Part shown: positions 39,409-49,645 of the stretch, piece by piece
Numbering within the stretch: the stretch's first letter is position 1
Layout of the letters: each line of letters begins with the position of its first letter
Origin: Actinomycetota bacterium
GTDB taxonomy: Bacteria; Actinomycetota; Acidimicrobiia; IMCC26256; VFJJ01
Assembly: GCA_009886115.1 (NCBI GenBank)
Contig: VFJJ01000057.1
Span: forward strand, 1-58,287
Direction of reading: 5' to 3'
Length of the DNA: 58,287 nucleotides
The notes under the pieces: generated by a model
What the model saw: the letters and a program-made list of their open reading frames with translations, nothing else
Database searches by the model: none
What the model was told of the DNA's origin: nothing
Program-made: the position numbers and the translations under genes

Positions 39409-40125
39409 ATGGAGTCACTCGTCGGCCGGACGGTCGTCGTTCTGGGCGGGAGCTCGGGGATGGGACTGGCCACGGCCCTGGCCGCACGCGATGCCGGCGC
39501 CCACGTGGCCATCGCGGCACGCACGCCCGATCGTCTCGCGCGGGCCGCGGCCACGGTCGGCCCGGACACCCGGTCGTACGCGCTCGACGGCGCCGATGGT
39601 GATGCCGTCGAGGCGATGTGCGCCGACCTCGGCGTCATCGACCACCTCGTGTCGTTCACGGGTGACCAGCCTGCTGCGCCGATCGGCGAGACCACCCACG
39701 ACCTCGTCGTTCAGGCGCTCGATGCGCGGGTCTGGACGGCTCGCAACGTGTGCGTCTCGGCCGTGGCCCGCATGCCCGAGCACGGATCGCTCACGTTCTG
39801 CTCGGGCCTGTCTGCCGTGCGACCCCGTGCCGGTCGAGCCGCTGGTGCGGTGGCGACCGCGGCGCTCGAGTCGTTGGTTCGAGCCATGGCGTTGGAGCTC
39901 GCGCCCATCCGGGTCAACACGATCCGGCCCGGTGCCTTCGACACTCCGGTGCTCGATCGAGCGTTCGGAGCGAACAAGCACGAAGCGACCCGTGCCTTCG
40001 TCGAGGGTCTGCCGATCAAGCGGCTGGGTCGTCCCGAGGAGCTGGCGCATGCCGTGCTCTTCCTCATGACGAACACCTACGTCACCGGGACCGTGCTCAA
40101 CGTCGACGGCGGCGCGCTCATGTGA
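39409..40125 (+). CDS. SDR oxidoreductase (atypical)
   Basis: GGSSGMG; PIRVNTIRPG; VDGG; no YxxxK. Confidence 0.88.
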   Translation: MESLVGRTVVVLGGSSGMGLATALAARDAGAHVAIAARTPDRLARAAATVGPDTRSYALDGADGDAVEAMCADLGVIDHLVSFTGDQPAAPIGETTHDLVVQALDARVWTARNVCVSAVARMPEHGSLTFCSGLSAVRPRAGRAAGAVATAALESLVRAMALELAPIRVNTIRPGAFDTPVLDRAFGANKHEATRAFVEGLPIKRLGRPEELAHAVLFLMTNTYVTGTVLNVDGGALM

Positions 40126-40223
40126 CAGAGGACGGCCGCCCGGCGACCTCGAGGGCGCCGAGAGGCCCCGTGTGGCGCGCTCCCCGGTCACGCAGTCACG
40201 CAGCAGTGACGACGAGACCTCGA

Positions 40224-41681
40224 TCATTCACCGTTGGCGAGGGTCACGACCCGGGCGGACCCGCCGCGTCGGTGATCGGCTCCGGCGCTGAGGCGATCGC
40301 CGACGACAGCAACCACGTTGGCGCTCCCGAAGCCCTCCGGCCCGGGATCGCGGGCCAGGGCCTCGGGCCAGATCCTCGAGAGCGGATGGTCTGGCTCGAG
40401 CGCGAGGTCGCCACCGAAGCAGACCTTGAAGCGTGGCGCGTCGATGGCATCCTGAGGTGTATGGCCCTCGCAGAGGAGGCGGATGAGGACCTGCACCTGG
40501 GCCTGTGGCTGCATGATCCCCCCTGCGACGCCGAGGCACAGCTGCACCCGACCGTCGGGGCCGGTCACCATGGCGGGGATGGTCGTGTGCGGGGGCTGCC
40601 CGGGCGACGGCATGCGTCGCAACATCCGGAACATCGTCGCCCGGTTCTGGATCGGGCTCCCCAGCACAGGGATACCGAGGTGGCTGCCGAAGTCGCCGAA
40701 GACCGAGGTGATCAAGGAGACGGCGAGCCCATCGTTCTCCATCACGGCCAGATAGGTGGTGTCGCCCCGGGCCGGGCTCGGCCGTTGAGGGCCCATCGCC
40801 GCAGGGTCGAACCCGGCCGCCGCCATGCCCCGCCTGAGCGCGTCGGCGACCCGGTCCCAGTCTTCGTGTGGTCGATCGAGGGCTTCGAGCTCGCGCAACG
40901 CGTGGAGCACCGCGGGCCCCTGCGTGGGAGCCGGCAGCTCCCAGACCGAGCAGCCTCGGAAGCTCGCACACTCGGCAGTGATCGACCCGGTGCGGTGCGA
41001 CCCGAGATCGTGGTGGTCGAGGTAGCCCCCGTCGGCCCGCACCACCTCGACGATCTCGTCGGCGATCGGCCCTTCGTACAGGGTGCGGGCGCCACCGACG
41101 ACGATGGCCTCGAGGCAGTCGGCCAGGCGGTGGTTGCGCACGACGCTCCCGAGCGCCACGGGCCGCCCGTCGGGTACGTACAAGGGCCCCAGAACCGGAT
41201 CGGAGCCGATCTCCGCCGCGGCCCGTGCGGCCGCGCTGGCGAGGGACGGCCGCACCTCGAACCCCTTGTGGGCCAGGGCGATTGCCGGAGCGAGGACCGT
41301 GGCCAACGACAGCGTGCCGTGGGCTTCCAGGGTCGTCACGAGCAGGTCGACCGCTCCCGGAGGCGTCACCGACCGGCCACCGCGTGGTGGCACCCCGTCG
41401 AGCCCGTCGGCCCGGAGGGCTTCGGCCGTGAGGCCCTGTGGCACCGCCCCCGATCCGCCGAACGCCAAGGGGGCAGTGGTGGGGTCGTCGCCTCGCCCTC
41501 GTCCCAGGAGGAGGAACGCGTCTCCGGCGACACCGCACGACTGCGGCTCGACGACGTACAGGACGAACGCCGCGGCGACCGCCGCATCGACGGCGTTCCC
41601 ACCAGCCCGGAGCATCTCCACCGCCGTTTCGGTGGCGCGCGGATCCGAGGTGGCGACGGCAGCCTGCCGCGGCGGGTTCAC
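40224..41681 (-). CDS. ggt: Gamma-glutamyltransferase family Ntn-hydrolase
   Basis: GGNAVDAAVAA..VVEP; GDTTYL (Thr nucleophile); GGIMQPQ; IDAPR; GTGA overlap. Confidence 0.85.
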   Translation of the reverse strand: MNPPRQAAVATSDPRATETAVEMLRAGGNAVDAAVAAAFVLYVVEPQSCGVAGDAFLLLGRGRGDDPTTAPLAFGGSGAVPQGLTAEALRADGLDGVPPRGGRSVTPPGAVDLLVTTLEAHGTLSLATVLAPAIALAHKGFEVRPSLASAAARAAAEIGSDPVLGPLYVPDGRPVALGSVVRNHRLADCLEAIVVGGARTLYEGPIADEIVEVVRADGGYLDHHDLGSHRTGSITAECASFRGCSVWELPAPTQGPAVLHALRELEALDRPHEDWDRVADALRRGMAAAGFDPAAMGPQRPSPARGDTTYLAVMENDGLAVSLITSVFGDFGSHLGIPVLGSPIQNRATMFRMLRRMPSPGQPPHTTIPAMVTGPDGRVQLCLGVAGGIMQPQAQVQVLIRLLCEGHTPQDAIDAPRFKVCFGGDLALEPDHPLSRIWPEALARDPGPEGFGSANVVAVVGDRLSAGADHRRGGSARVVTLANGE

Positions 41682-42835
41682 AGCCGAAGGAACTTCTCGG
41701 CGTTGCCCCAGAGGATGTTGCGCCGGGCCTCCTCGCTCACCGACGACCATCCGAAGATCACCTCGGGCGAGTTCGGGAACTGGCCACCTGGGTGGGGGAA
41801 ATCGGACTGATACAGCAGGGCGCCGTCGCCGACCATCTCGATGAGGTGCTTGGCGATGGCGTCGCCCTCGTACAGCTCGATCCCGCAGAAGATCCGTCCC
41901 GACTGCGCGTACTCGATCGGCGACAGGTCGATCGGAGGTACGGCGTGGCTCATGTAGTCGGCTTGGCCCTTGAGCCTGACGAGCCACGCCGGAAGCCACC
42001 CGGCGCTGCACTCGGCGAACCCGACCCGCAGACGCGGGTAACGATCGAAGAGCCCGCTCAGGATCAGATACGCCACGAGACGCTCCGCTCCCCACGGATG
42101 CGCGGCCGCTCGAGCGATGACGACGTTGTCCCAGATGTCGCGGTACCCGGGGAAGTAGGGCGGCTCGTAGAAGAACGAGTGGTGCAACAGGGGCAGGTCG
42201 TGCTCGCCCATCGCCTCCCAGATCGGGTGCAGCGACGGATCATCGACCGGGAGCCCCTCAGGCAGCACGACGGATACGGCACACACGTGAGGGAGCGCCG
42301 ACTGGCTGCGGATCGTGGCGGCAGCCTGCTCGGCCGCGGCGCCCGACACGAGGATCGTGCCCCTCAGCCGCTTCGGATCGGCGCTGCAGTACGCCTCCAG
42401 ATAGCGGAGGTACGCCGAATAGATCTCCAGCCCCATCTCGATGTCGAGCGCAGAAACCGCATTGACGAACGTCCCGGGGATGATCAGGTGCCCGTCGACC
42501 CCTTCCAGGTCCATGTCGTGCAGCCGCCCGGCTGCGTTCATGTCGTTGACACCCGGCGTGTAGGGCGTCGGCAACGAGGTACGGCTCACGCTTCCCTTGA
42601 GCGGGGAAACCCCACCGGTTCCCGCTGCTGCCGTCCCCTCGGTGCTCGTTCCCAACCGCCGGCGGTACGGGAACGGATGGATGCTCAGATGGTGGCCACC
42701 TTCGGTCTGGGGCTGGTGGAACGGTGCGAGCTCCGACCACCGATCGCGCAGCACGGGGCCTGCGAACTGCTCGAGGGTCTCGATGCTCGGCCCCACGTGG
42801 GTATCGGAGTCGAAGATGCGATAGCCGTTCCTCAT
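41678..42835 (-). CDS. Amidohydrolase_2 family protein
   Basis: DSDTHV, LLHH, GLFDRYPRLRVGFAE, SDFPH, NA. Confidence 0.9.
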   Translation of the reverse strand: MRNGYRIFDSDTHVGPSIETLEQFAGPVLRDRWSELAPFHQPQTEGGHHLSIHPFPYRRRLGTSTEGTAAAGTGGVSPLKGSVSRTSLPTPYTPGVNDMNAAGRLHDMDLEGVDGHLIIPGTFVNAVSALDIEMGLEIYSAYLRYLEAYCSADPKRLRGTILVSGAAAEQAAATIRSQSALPHVCAVSVVLPEGLPVDDPSLHPIWEAMGEHDLPLLHHSFFYEPPYFPGYRDIWDNVVIARAAAHPWGAERLVAYLILSGLFDRYPRLRVGFAECSAGWLPAWLVRLKGQADYMSHAVPPIDLSPIEYAQSGRIFCGIELYEGDAIAKHLIEMVGDGALLYQSDFPHPGGQFPNSPEVIFGWSSVSEEARRNILWGNAEKFLRL

Positions 42836-42892
42836 CGGGACGTCCTCCGTTGCTGTTGGTGCCACGTCAAGGTCGTGAGGGACGGTCCGAAG

Positions 42893-43915
42893 CTACACAC
42901 GATCGGCCCCGCCGGGGATCGCATGTATTGCCTCGATCAGTGCGCCCCAGCGCTCGGGATCGTCGTGGAAGGCGACGTTGAAGCTGAGCCGATCTACGAT
43001 CCCGCCGTAGTGCGCGGCGACGAGTTTCGGGATGTCGTCGATCTGGCCCACGACGGCGAACGCTTCGAGGACGTCGTCGTCGATGAGGCGCATCATGTCG
43101 ACCTCGCGCCCTTCTCGGGCGAGCGCCGCCAGCTCGGGTTGGAGGTCGCCCCAGCCCTGCAGCTCGAGGACGCCCCGATATGCCGGCGTCGCTCCGTAGA
43201 AGGCCAACCGGCTCTGCACGCGGGCCTTCGCTGCGGCCGTCTCAGCGGCGTCGCGGCCGGTGACGAGGAACACCGGTCGGGCGATCTCGACATCGGGTCG
43301 TGTACGGCCCCCGGTGCGTAAACCGTCATCGAACGCGGGGAGCGTGACCTCGCGGAGGTACCTCGGCGTCGAGAACCCGTGCACCAACAGCCCGTCGGCG
43401 ACCTCACCGGCGACACGCACCATGCTGGCTCCCACCGCGGCCAGCATGATCGGCGGGTTGCCATGGGGGTTCGGTCCGGGGTCGAAGAACGGGGTGAGCA
43501 GGGTGTGCCGGTAGAACTCGCCCTCGAAACGCAGGGGGGCGTCGCCGGCCCACGCACGCCAGATGGCACGGACGGCGAGGATCAGCTCGCGCATCCTCGG
43601 TACCGGTCGATCGAAGGCCGCGCTGAACCTTCGCTCGACGTGGGCCCTGACCTGGCTACCGAGGCCGAGCATGAAACGACCCTGGGAATAGGTCTGAAGG
43701 TCGTTCGCCGTCTGGGCCAGGTGCCACGGGCTCCGTGGAAAGGCGACCGCGATCGCGGTGGCCAGGCACACCCGGCTGGTCTCGGCGGTGCAGCGCATCA
43801 ACGAGAGAAAGGGGTCGTGCACGGTCTCGGTGACCGAGACACCGTCGAACCCGATCGACTCGGCCAGCCCGGCCCGGTGGAGCGAGTCATGGTCGAGGAT
43901 CGCATGGACCTTCAT
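42893..43915 (-). CDS. LLM-class F420-dependent oxidoreductase (TIGR03617-like)
   Basis: ETVHDPF, AIAVAFPRSP, GRFMLGLGSQVRAHVERRF, YGATPAY. Confidence 0.9.
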   Translation of the reverse strand: MKVHAILDHDSLHRAGLAESIGFDGVSVTETVHDPFLSLMRCTAETSRVCLATAIAVAFPRSPWHLAQTANDLQTYSQGRFMLGLGSQVRAHVERRFSAAFDRPVPRMRELILAVRAIWRAWAGDAPLRFEGEFYRHTLLTPFFDPGPNPHGNPPIMLAAVGASMVRVAGEVADGLLVHGFSTPRYLREVTLPAFDDGLRTGGRTRPDVEIARPVFLVTGRDAAETAAAKARVQSRLAFYGATPAYRGVLELQGWGDLQPELAALAREGREVDMMRLIDDDVLEAFAVVGQIDDIPKLVAAHYGGIVDRLSFNVAFHDDPERWGALIEAIHAIPGGADRV

Positions 43916-43919
43916 GGAA

Positions 43920-43932
43920 TAAGTATACTGAA
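43920..43932. promoter_or_regulatory. Candidate operator overlapping a -10 element (TAAGTATACTGAA)
   Basis: AGTATACT palindrome; minus-strand TATACT lies 6 nt before the ATG at 43915. Confidence 0.6.
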
Positions 43933-43958
43933 TATGTCGATCGCGGAGGAGGGGCCCG

Positions 43959-44852
43959 ATGCGAATTGATCCCGTGGGCGGCGGCCCGGTGCGGGATGCT
44001 CCGATACCTGAGGTCACGGAGATCGCCTGGGTGAACGGACGCCTCGTGCCCAACGGCGAACCGGCGCTCCGGTCCGACGACCGCGGGATCGTGGGCCTGG
44101 GCGCGTTCGAGGCCGTGAAGGTCGTCGCGGGCGTTCCGTTCGCGCTGCATCGGCACCTCGATCGGCTGGTGGCGTCGGCCTCGCCGCTGGGAATCGAGGT
44201 CGACCTCGCCGCCGTCCGCGCCGGCACCGACGCCGTGCTGGCCACCACACCTCCTGGGGCTCCCCCGTTCTGGCTGCGGATCACGGTCACGGCCGGGCCG
44301 GGCCGGATGGCCAGTGCCGCACGGGCGAGCGAGCCGACCGTCGTCGCGTCCATCGCCCCCATGGTCGTCTGGGGCCCGGCCGCCGACGTGGTCGTCGTGC
44401 CCTGGTCGCGCAACGAACACGGGGCATCGGCCGGGCTCAAGACGGTCTCGTATGTCGACAACGCCCGCGCGCTGCGCTTCGCCCACGATCAGGGAGCCGA
44501 TGAGGGGTTGTTCGCCAACACTGTGGGGAACCTGTGTGAGGGCGCAGGCTCCAACGTGTTCGTCGTTCGCGACGGCACGCTGGTCACCCCGCCGCTGTCG
44601 GCCGGGTGCCTCGCCGGGATCACGCGCTCTCTCCTGCTCGAGCGTATGCCGTCGATCGTCGAGGCCGACGTCCCGGTCGCCGAGCTCGCGACCTGCGAGG
44701 AGGCGTTCCTCACGTCGACGAGCCGCGACGTCCATCCGATTCGCTCGATCGACGGGCGAACGCTCCGCGTCGCTCCCCGGGGCCTCACCGCAGATGCGCA
44801 GGAGGCCTTTGCAGCCGTCGTGCGCGCCATGGCCGACGCGGAGCGCCCGTGA
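43959..44852 (+). CDS. Class IV PLP aminotransferase / aminodeoxychorismate lyase family (start may be about 18 codons downstream)
   Basis: DRG..G.GAFE, HLDRL, LKTVSY, EGAGSNVF, LAGITR. Confidence 0.9.
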   Translation: MRIDPVGGGPVRDAPIPEVTEIAWVNGRLVPNGEPALRSDDRGIVGLGAFEAVKVVAGVPFALHRHLDRLVASASPLGIEVDLAAVRAGTDAVLATTPPGAPPFWLRITVTAGPGRMASAARASEPTVVASIAPMVVWGPAADVVVVPWSRNEHGASAGLKTVSYVDNARALRFAHDQGADEGLFANTVGNLCEGAGSNVFVVRDGTLVTPPLSAGCLAGITRSLLLERMPSIVEADVPVAELATCEEAFLTSTSRDVHPIRSIDGRTLRVAPRGLTADAQEAFAAVVRAMADAERP

Positions 44853-44910
44853 CTTCGCTTCGGAGGGCCGGGCTGGGGTCCGCGGTCGCGACCCTGCCGG
44901 TGGGGGAGTC

Positions 44911-47130
44911 GTGAGCGAGCCAGAGGTGGGGGAGCCGCATGCGGGCCGTCCGGTTGCCACGGAGTCAGCGTCCACACGCCCGACGGAGCGTGACGCCGCC
45001 ATCCTGTCACCCGACAGCACCCCGCGATCCGACGTCGCGATCACCCGCCGGTTGGTGGGAGTGTCCAGGTGGCCGCTGATCCTCCTGACCGCGATCTATG
45101 CGGTGAACGTGAGCGATCAGTTCCTCCTGCCGAGCGTCTTCCCACTGTTGAAAGGGGAATTCGGGTTGTCCGACACCCAGCTCGGCCTGCTCTCGGGCTC
45201 GTACCTGGTGTCGGTGACCGTGCTCACCGTGCCCTTCGGCACGATCGCGGATCGGTTCGTCCGTACCCGGGTCGTCGCCTGGGGGACGGCCGCCTGGGGC
45301 GCAACCATGGTGTGGACGGGACTGGCCCGAGGCTACCCCAGCCTCCTCGCCTCCCGGATGCTCCTCGGCGCATGGGATCCGTGCGACAACCCGACGTCCC
45401 AGTCGTTACTGGCCGACTACTACCCGGTCGGGCAACGCACGAAGGTCCTGAGCGTCTATCAAATCGGGCAGTTACTTGGTATTCTCATGCTGCCCATCGC
45501 CGGAGCCATGGCCACGGAGTGGGGCTGGCGCTCGACCTTTTTCTTCTTCTCGCTTCCAGCGTTCGTCGTTGCGATCCTGGCCTGGCAGCTCCCCGAGCCG
45601 ATCCGGGGTGCCATGGACCGGCGCCACGCCAACCTCCGGACCACGACCGCGGTGGAGTCCGACTACGACCACATCGGCACCCGGGCGGCGTACCGCGAGC
45701 TGCTGCACATCCGCACCTTCACCTCGATCTTCGTGTCCTCGACCTTTGGAAGCCTCTTCTTCGGCTCCATCGGGGTGTGGGCACCGACCTACATGGTCCG
45801 CTACCTCGGTTTCACGCTGACCGAGGCCGCCTCGGCCACCGGCCTGTTCGCCCTCGGAGGCATCGTCGGGGCGCTCGGTTCGGGGTATGTCACCGATTCC
45901 CTCACCCGGTCGGGTCACACCGCCGCGCGTGTGGTCGTGGCCTCGACCATGCGCATCGTCACCGCCCCGTTGTTCTTCGTGGCCTTCTCGGTCGACAACG
46001 CGCCCGCGATGCTCGTGTTCTTCACGCTCGGCGCCATCACGCTCACGGCCTCCCAGCCCCCCCTCAACGCGGCTCGGGCCGATGTCGTCCATCCCAGCCT
46101 GCGCGGTCGGGCGACCTCGCTCGACGCCGTGTTCCAGAGCATCGCCGGGGCGGCCGCACCGGTGATCATGGGCGTCATCGCCGATGCCACCTCACTCCGC
46201 ACCGCGTTCCTCGTGGTGGTCCCGCTGGTCGCGGTCGCCGGCCTCATCCTGTTGCTCGTTGCCCTCCCGGTGTATCGGCGCGACGTGGGCCGCTTGCGCG
46301 ACCTTCTCTGGGACGAGAGCCGCCGCGCCGCGGGGCTCGACGAGGTGGCGGCTGCCGAGATGCTGCAGCTCCGCGACCCCTCCGAGGAGCGGGCGATACG
46401 CCGGCGCGACGACGTCATCCTCGAGATCGACGACCTCTCGTTCTCGTACGGTCCGGTCCAGGTGTTGTTCGGCATCACGATGCAGATCCCCCGGGGTGGG
46501 TGCCACGCCATCCTCGGCCGCAACGGTGTCGGCAAGACGACGCTCCTCTCGACGGTGGCCGGGCTCCTCGACGCGCAGTCGGGCGAGACGGTCTACGACG
46601 GTCTCGAGCTCACCGGTATCCCGACCGAGCAGCGTGTGGCCCTCGGCATCACGCTGATGGCCGGCGGCCGTTCGACGTTCCCCTCGTTGAGCGTCTCCGA
46701 GAACCTCTGGATCGGCGGGTACCCGTTCAGCACCGAGCACGACCTCATTCGCGACCGGATGTCGGAAGTCTTCAGCGTCTTCCCCGAGCTCGAGCGCCGG
46801 GTGAACCAGCCCGGGGGGACGCTCTCGGGAGGCGAGCAGCAGATGCTGGCGTTGGGACGGGCACTCATGGCCGGCCCCTCGCTGCTGCTCATCGACGAGC
46901 TCTCGCTCGGCCTGGCGCCCCGCATCACCCAGGAGCTCCTCGCTGCGCTGCGTCGGGTCAAGGCGCTCGGGACGACGATCGTGATCGTCGAGCAGTCGGT
47001 GCGCACCGCGCTCGACATCGCCGACACCGTGGTGTTCATGGAAAAGGGGGTCGTGCACCCGCTCGGGTCGGCCGACGGGCTCGACCAGGACGAGCTGGCG
47101 CAGATGATGCTCGGAGCGGTCGTCGCGTGA
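44911..47130 (+). CDS. MFS transporter fused to a LivF-like ABC ATPase
   Basis: MFS motif GTIADRFVRT and about 12 TM segments; then GRNGVGKTT, LSGGEQQ, LLIDE, VEQ in one frame. Confidence 0.88.
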   Translation: MSEPEVGEPHAGRPVATESASTRPTERDAAILSPDSTPRSDVAITRRLVGVSRWPLILLTAIYAVNVSDQFLLPSVFPLLKGEFGLSDTQLGLLSGSYLVSVTVLTVPFGTIADRFVRTRVVAWGTAAWGATMVWTGLARGYPSLLASRMLLGAWDPCDNPTSQSLLADYYPVGQRTKVLSVYQIGQLLGILMLPIAGAMATEWGWRSTFFFFSLPAFVVAILAWQLPEPIRGAMDRRHANLRTTTAVESDYDHIGTRAAYRELLHIRTFTSIFVSSTFGSLFFGSIGVWAPTYMVRYLGFTLTEAASATGLFALGGIVGALGSGYVTDSLTRSGHTAARVVVASTMRIVTAPLFFVAFSVDNAPAMLVFFTLGAITLTASQPPLNAARADVVHPSLRGRATSLDAVFQSIAGAAAPVIMGVIADATSLRTAFLVVVPLVAVAGLILLLVALPVYRRDVGRLRDLLWDESRRAAGLDEVAAAEMLQLRDPSEERAIRRRDDVILEIDDLSFSYGPVQVLFGITMQIPRGGCHAILGRNGVGKTTLLSTVAGLLDAQSGETVYDGLELTGIPTEQRVALGITLMAGGRSTFPSLSVSENLWIGGYPFSTEHDLIRDRMSEVFSVFPELERRVNQPGGTLSGGEQQMLALGRALMAGPSLLLIDELSLGLAPRITQELLAALRRVKALGTTIVIVEQSVRTALDIADTVVFMEKGVVHPLGSADGLDQDELAQMMLGAVVA

Positions 47131-47621
47131 TGACGTCAGGGCTCGGCGCCCCCGCCAGCGCCCCCGCCAGCGCCTCCGAGCGAGCCTCCGGACGCGCCGA
47201 CGATCCGGGCGACGATCGCACCGCGGGGCGCGCGTCGCGACGCATGACGGTGGCGTTCTACACCGCGGTCACGGTGGGTCTCGTGGTCTCGTTCGGGCTG
47301 TGGGTGCACGCCGTGGTCGACCAACCGCCGGTGAAGCTCGCCGAGCCCCGCGTTCAGCAGGACGACAGCGGTGCCCGGGTGCAGACGCTGGCCCACAACC
47401 AGTCGGCGACCATCACGTATTGCGTCGAGGTCGAGATGCAGGCCATCGACCGTGACGGGCGCACGCTCGAGAAAGTGGTCGCCACATCGAGCAGCGGCGA
47501 CGCCATCCGGCCCGGCCAGAAAGCCAACTTCGTCGGCGTCTTCACGCAGATGACCGCCACGGAGATCAACGAGGAGCTCGACGAGTACGTCGCCTACGTC
47601 ACCCGCCGCACCGAGTGCTGA
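47130..47621 (+). CDS. Hypothetical single-TM membrane protein
   Basis: TGATG coupling; one hydrophobic helix then a soluble beta-rich domain. Confidence 0.65.
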   Translation: MTSGLGAPASAPASASERASGRADDPGDDRTAGRASRRMTVAFYTAVTVGLVVSFGLWVHAVVDQPPVKLAEPRVQQDDSGARVQTLAHNQSATITYCVEVEMQAIDRDGRTLEKVVATSSSGDAIRPGQKANFVGVFTQMTATEINEELDEYVAYVTRRTEC

Positions 47622-47766
47622 GCGGCCATGGTGCTCATCGTGCTCACGGCGTCCACGGGCCATCGCAGTCGATCGGGGTTTCTACAGTGTGCAAGGTGCC
47701 CGACCGTTGAGGGCCGGTCCTCATCGATCGTGACCAGCGCGAGGGGCGCGAGAGGAGCCACCGAGG

Positions 47767-48573
47767 ATGACCAAGCGTTCGCCGATCGAGATCCGTCCAC
47801 TCTCGCCCGCCGTCGGCGCTGAGGTCGTCGGTCTCGACCTGTCGCAGCCGATCGACGGCGAGTCGTTCGGCCGCCTGGTCCAGGCCTTCACCGATCACTG
47901 CCTGCTGGTGTTTCCTGCACAGCAGCTCGAGCCGGCGGCGCAGTGGAGCTTCGGGTGCCTGTGGGGCGAGCCCTTGGTCGTGCCGTATCTCGCACCCCAC
48001 GCCGTCACCGGGTTCCCCGGGATCCTCCGGGTACCCAACATGGGCAAAGCCGAGACGCTCACCGAGAACTGGCATTTCGACTCGGCCTTCTTCGAGGAGC
48101 CGCCGCCGATCGCCATCCTCGCCGCCCAGGAGCTCCCGCCGATCGGGGGCGACACGATGTGGTCGAACATGTACCGGGCCTACGAGGCGCTGTCGCCGGC
48201 GATGCAGCTTCTGCTCGGCCAGGTTCGCGCGGCGTTCACGGGCACGCGCGTCGACGATGGTGAGCGGCGCGACGTGGTGACCATGCACCCCGTGGTGCGG
48301 ATCCACCCCGTCACCGGGAAGCGGGCCCTGGCAATCGGCCGGATCGAGTCGGTGCCCCACCTCGAGGGCATGACGCCAGACGAAAGCCGTCCGATCATCG
48401 AGTTCCTGTACCGCCACGTCGCCCGTCCCGAGTTCGTCCACCGTCACCACTGGCGTCGAGGCGACGTCGTCATGTGGGACAACCGGTGCCTGCTCCACTA
48501 CGCCGTGCACGACTACGGCGACGCCCCCCGCTTGCTCCATCGGATGACCGTGCTGGGCGCACCCTGCACCTGA
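47767..48573 (+). CDS. TauD/TfdA family dioxygenase
   Basis: GAEVVGLDL, WHFD, GGDT.W, HPVVRIHP, WDNRCLLH..R. Confidence 0.92.
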   Translation: MTKRSPIEIRPLSPAVGAEVVGLDLSQPIDGESFGRLVQAFTDHCLLVFPAQQLEPAAQWSFGCLWGEPLVVPYLAPHAVTGFPGILRVPNMGKAETLTENWHFDSAFFEEPPPIAILAAQELPPIGGDTMWSNMYRAYEALSPAMQLLLGQVRAAFTGTRVDDGERRDVVTMHPVVRIHPVTGKRALAIGRIESVPHLEGMTPDESRPIIEFLYRHVARPEFVHRHHWRRGDVVMWDNRCLLHYAVHDYGDAPRLLHRMTVLGAPCT

Positions 48574-48579
48574 GGCCGG

Positions 48580-49458
48580 CTAACGCGCTCGTGGTGGGGC
48601 GGCGGCGGGAACATCGACCTCGACCGAGACGAGGGAGCCGATCGCAGCGCCGGCGATGCTGCGCGAGGCCTCCTCGTCGTAGAGGCACACGAACAACGTC
48701 GTCCCTGCGGCGCCGCCGAGCGCGCAGGCGAAGGCGCCCCGACCGGCGGTCTCGAGACGGTCGGTCACCAGGCCCCCGTCGAGAACACGCACGACCTGAC
48801 CGTTGACCGGATCGGCGACCCAGACGGCGCCTTCGGCGTCGAGGGCGATCCCGTCCGGAACCGTCGAGCCCAGGTCGGCGAACACCCGACGGTCGTGGAG
48901 CGATCCGTCGAGCCCGATCGAGAACGCGGTCAGCAGGTTGGCAGCCGATTCGGCCACGATCAACGTCTCGCCGCTGGGATCGATGACGGCACCGTTGGCG
49001 AAGTCGAGGGGATCGCCGACAGGGCGGGCCGAGCCGTCGACGTCGACGAGCACGAGTCGTCCCGCCGCCGGTGCTGCGCCTCCCAGGAGGTCGTAGCCGA
49101 AGTGGCCGACGTAGGCCCGGCCGAGCCCGTCGACCACCATGTCGTTGGCCCGACCGACGGTGAACGCGCTCAGATCGGCCACCGTGATCAGGTCGCCGGC
49201 GGCGTGGCGGTACAGGCACCGCGACGTCGAGCCGACGACGAGGAGATGGCCTCCGGCGTCCCATCCGAGCCCCCCGGGGCCGTCGGGTACCTCGACCACC
49301 GGAGACAGGGGCCCGTCGGGCGGCCCGGCGAGGACCCGACCGGCGCGCTTTTCGACGAGCCAGATCCTGTCGTCGTGCCAGCGGGGGCTCTCGGGGAAGG
49401 CCAGCCCGCCGGCCACCTCGACGAACCCGGCGACGTCGTTGTGCTCTGCCACGGTCAC
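48580..49458 (-). CDS. SMP-30/gluconolactonase family protein
   Basis: FPESPRW, NDMVVD, FANG, PDGIALDAEG. Confidence 0.9.
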   Translation of the reverse strand: MTVAEHNDVAGFVEVAGGLAFPESPRWHDDRIWLVEKRAGRVLAGPPDGPLSPVVEVPDGPGGLGWDAGGHLLVVGSTSRCLYRHAAGDLITVADLSAFTVGRANDMVVDGLGRAYVGHFGYDLLGGAAPAAGRLVLVDVDGSARPVGDPLDFANGAVIDPSGETLIVAESAANLLTAFSIGLDGSLHDRRVFADLGSTVPDGIALDAEGAVWVADPVNGQVVRVLDGGLVTDRLETAGRGAFACALGGAAGTTLFVCLYDEEASRSIAGAAIGSLVSVEVDVPAAAPPRAR

Positions 49459-49539
49459 CCCCGGACGTCCGTCGTGCTGAGCATCATCCGCAGTGGAGCG
49501 CTCGTGGGCTCCCGGGCCCACCCTTGCGCGCCCCGGTAT

Positions 49540-49552
49540 TTCAGTATACTGT
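49540..49552. promoter_or_regulatory. Candidate operator TTCAGTATACTGT
   Basis: Perfect palindrome CAGTATACTG in a divergent promoter. Confidence 0.6.
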
Positions 49553-49645
49553 TCACCGCTCGCGGGACCAATGGGCGTCCGTCCCAGTTGCGACCACTCG
49601 GCCTCGACTGCGTGACGCGACAGGTGCATCCGGGGGGATCGAACC

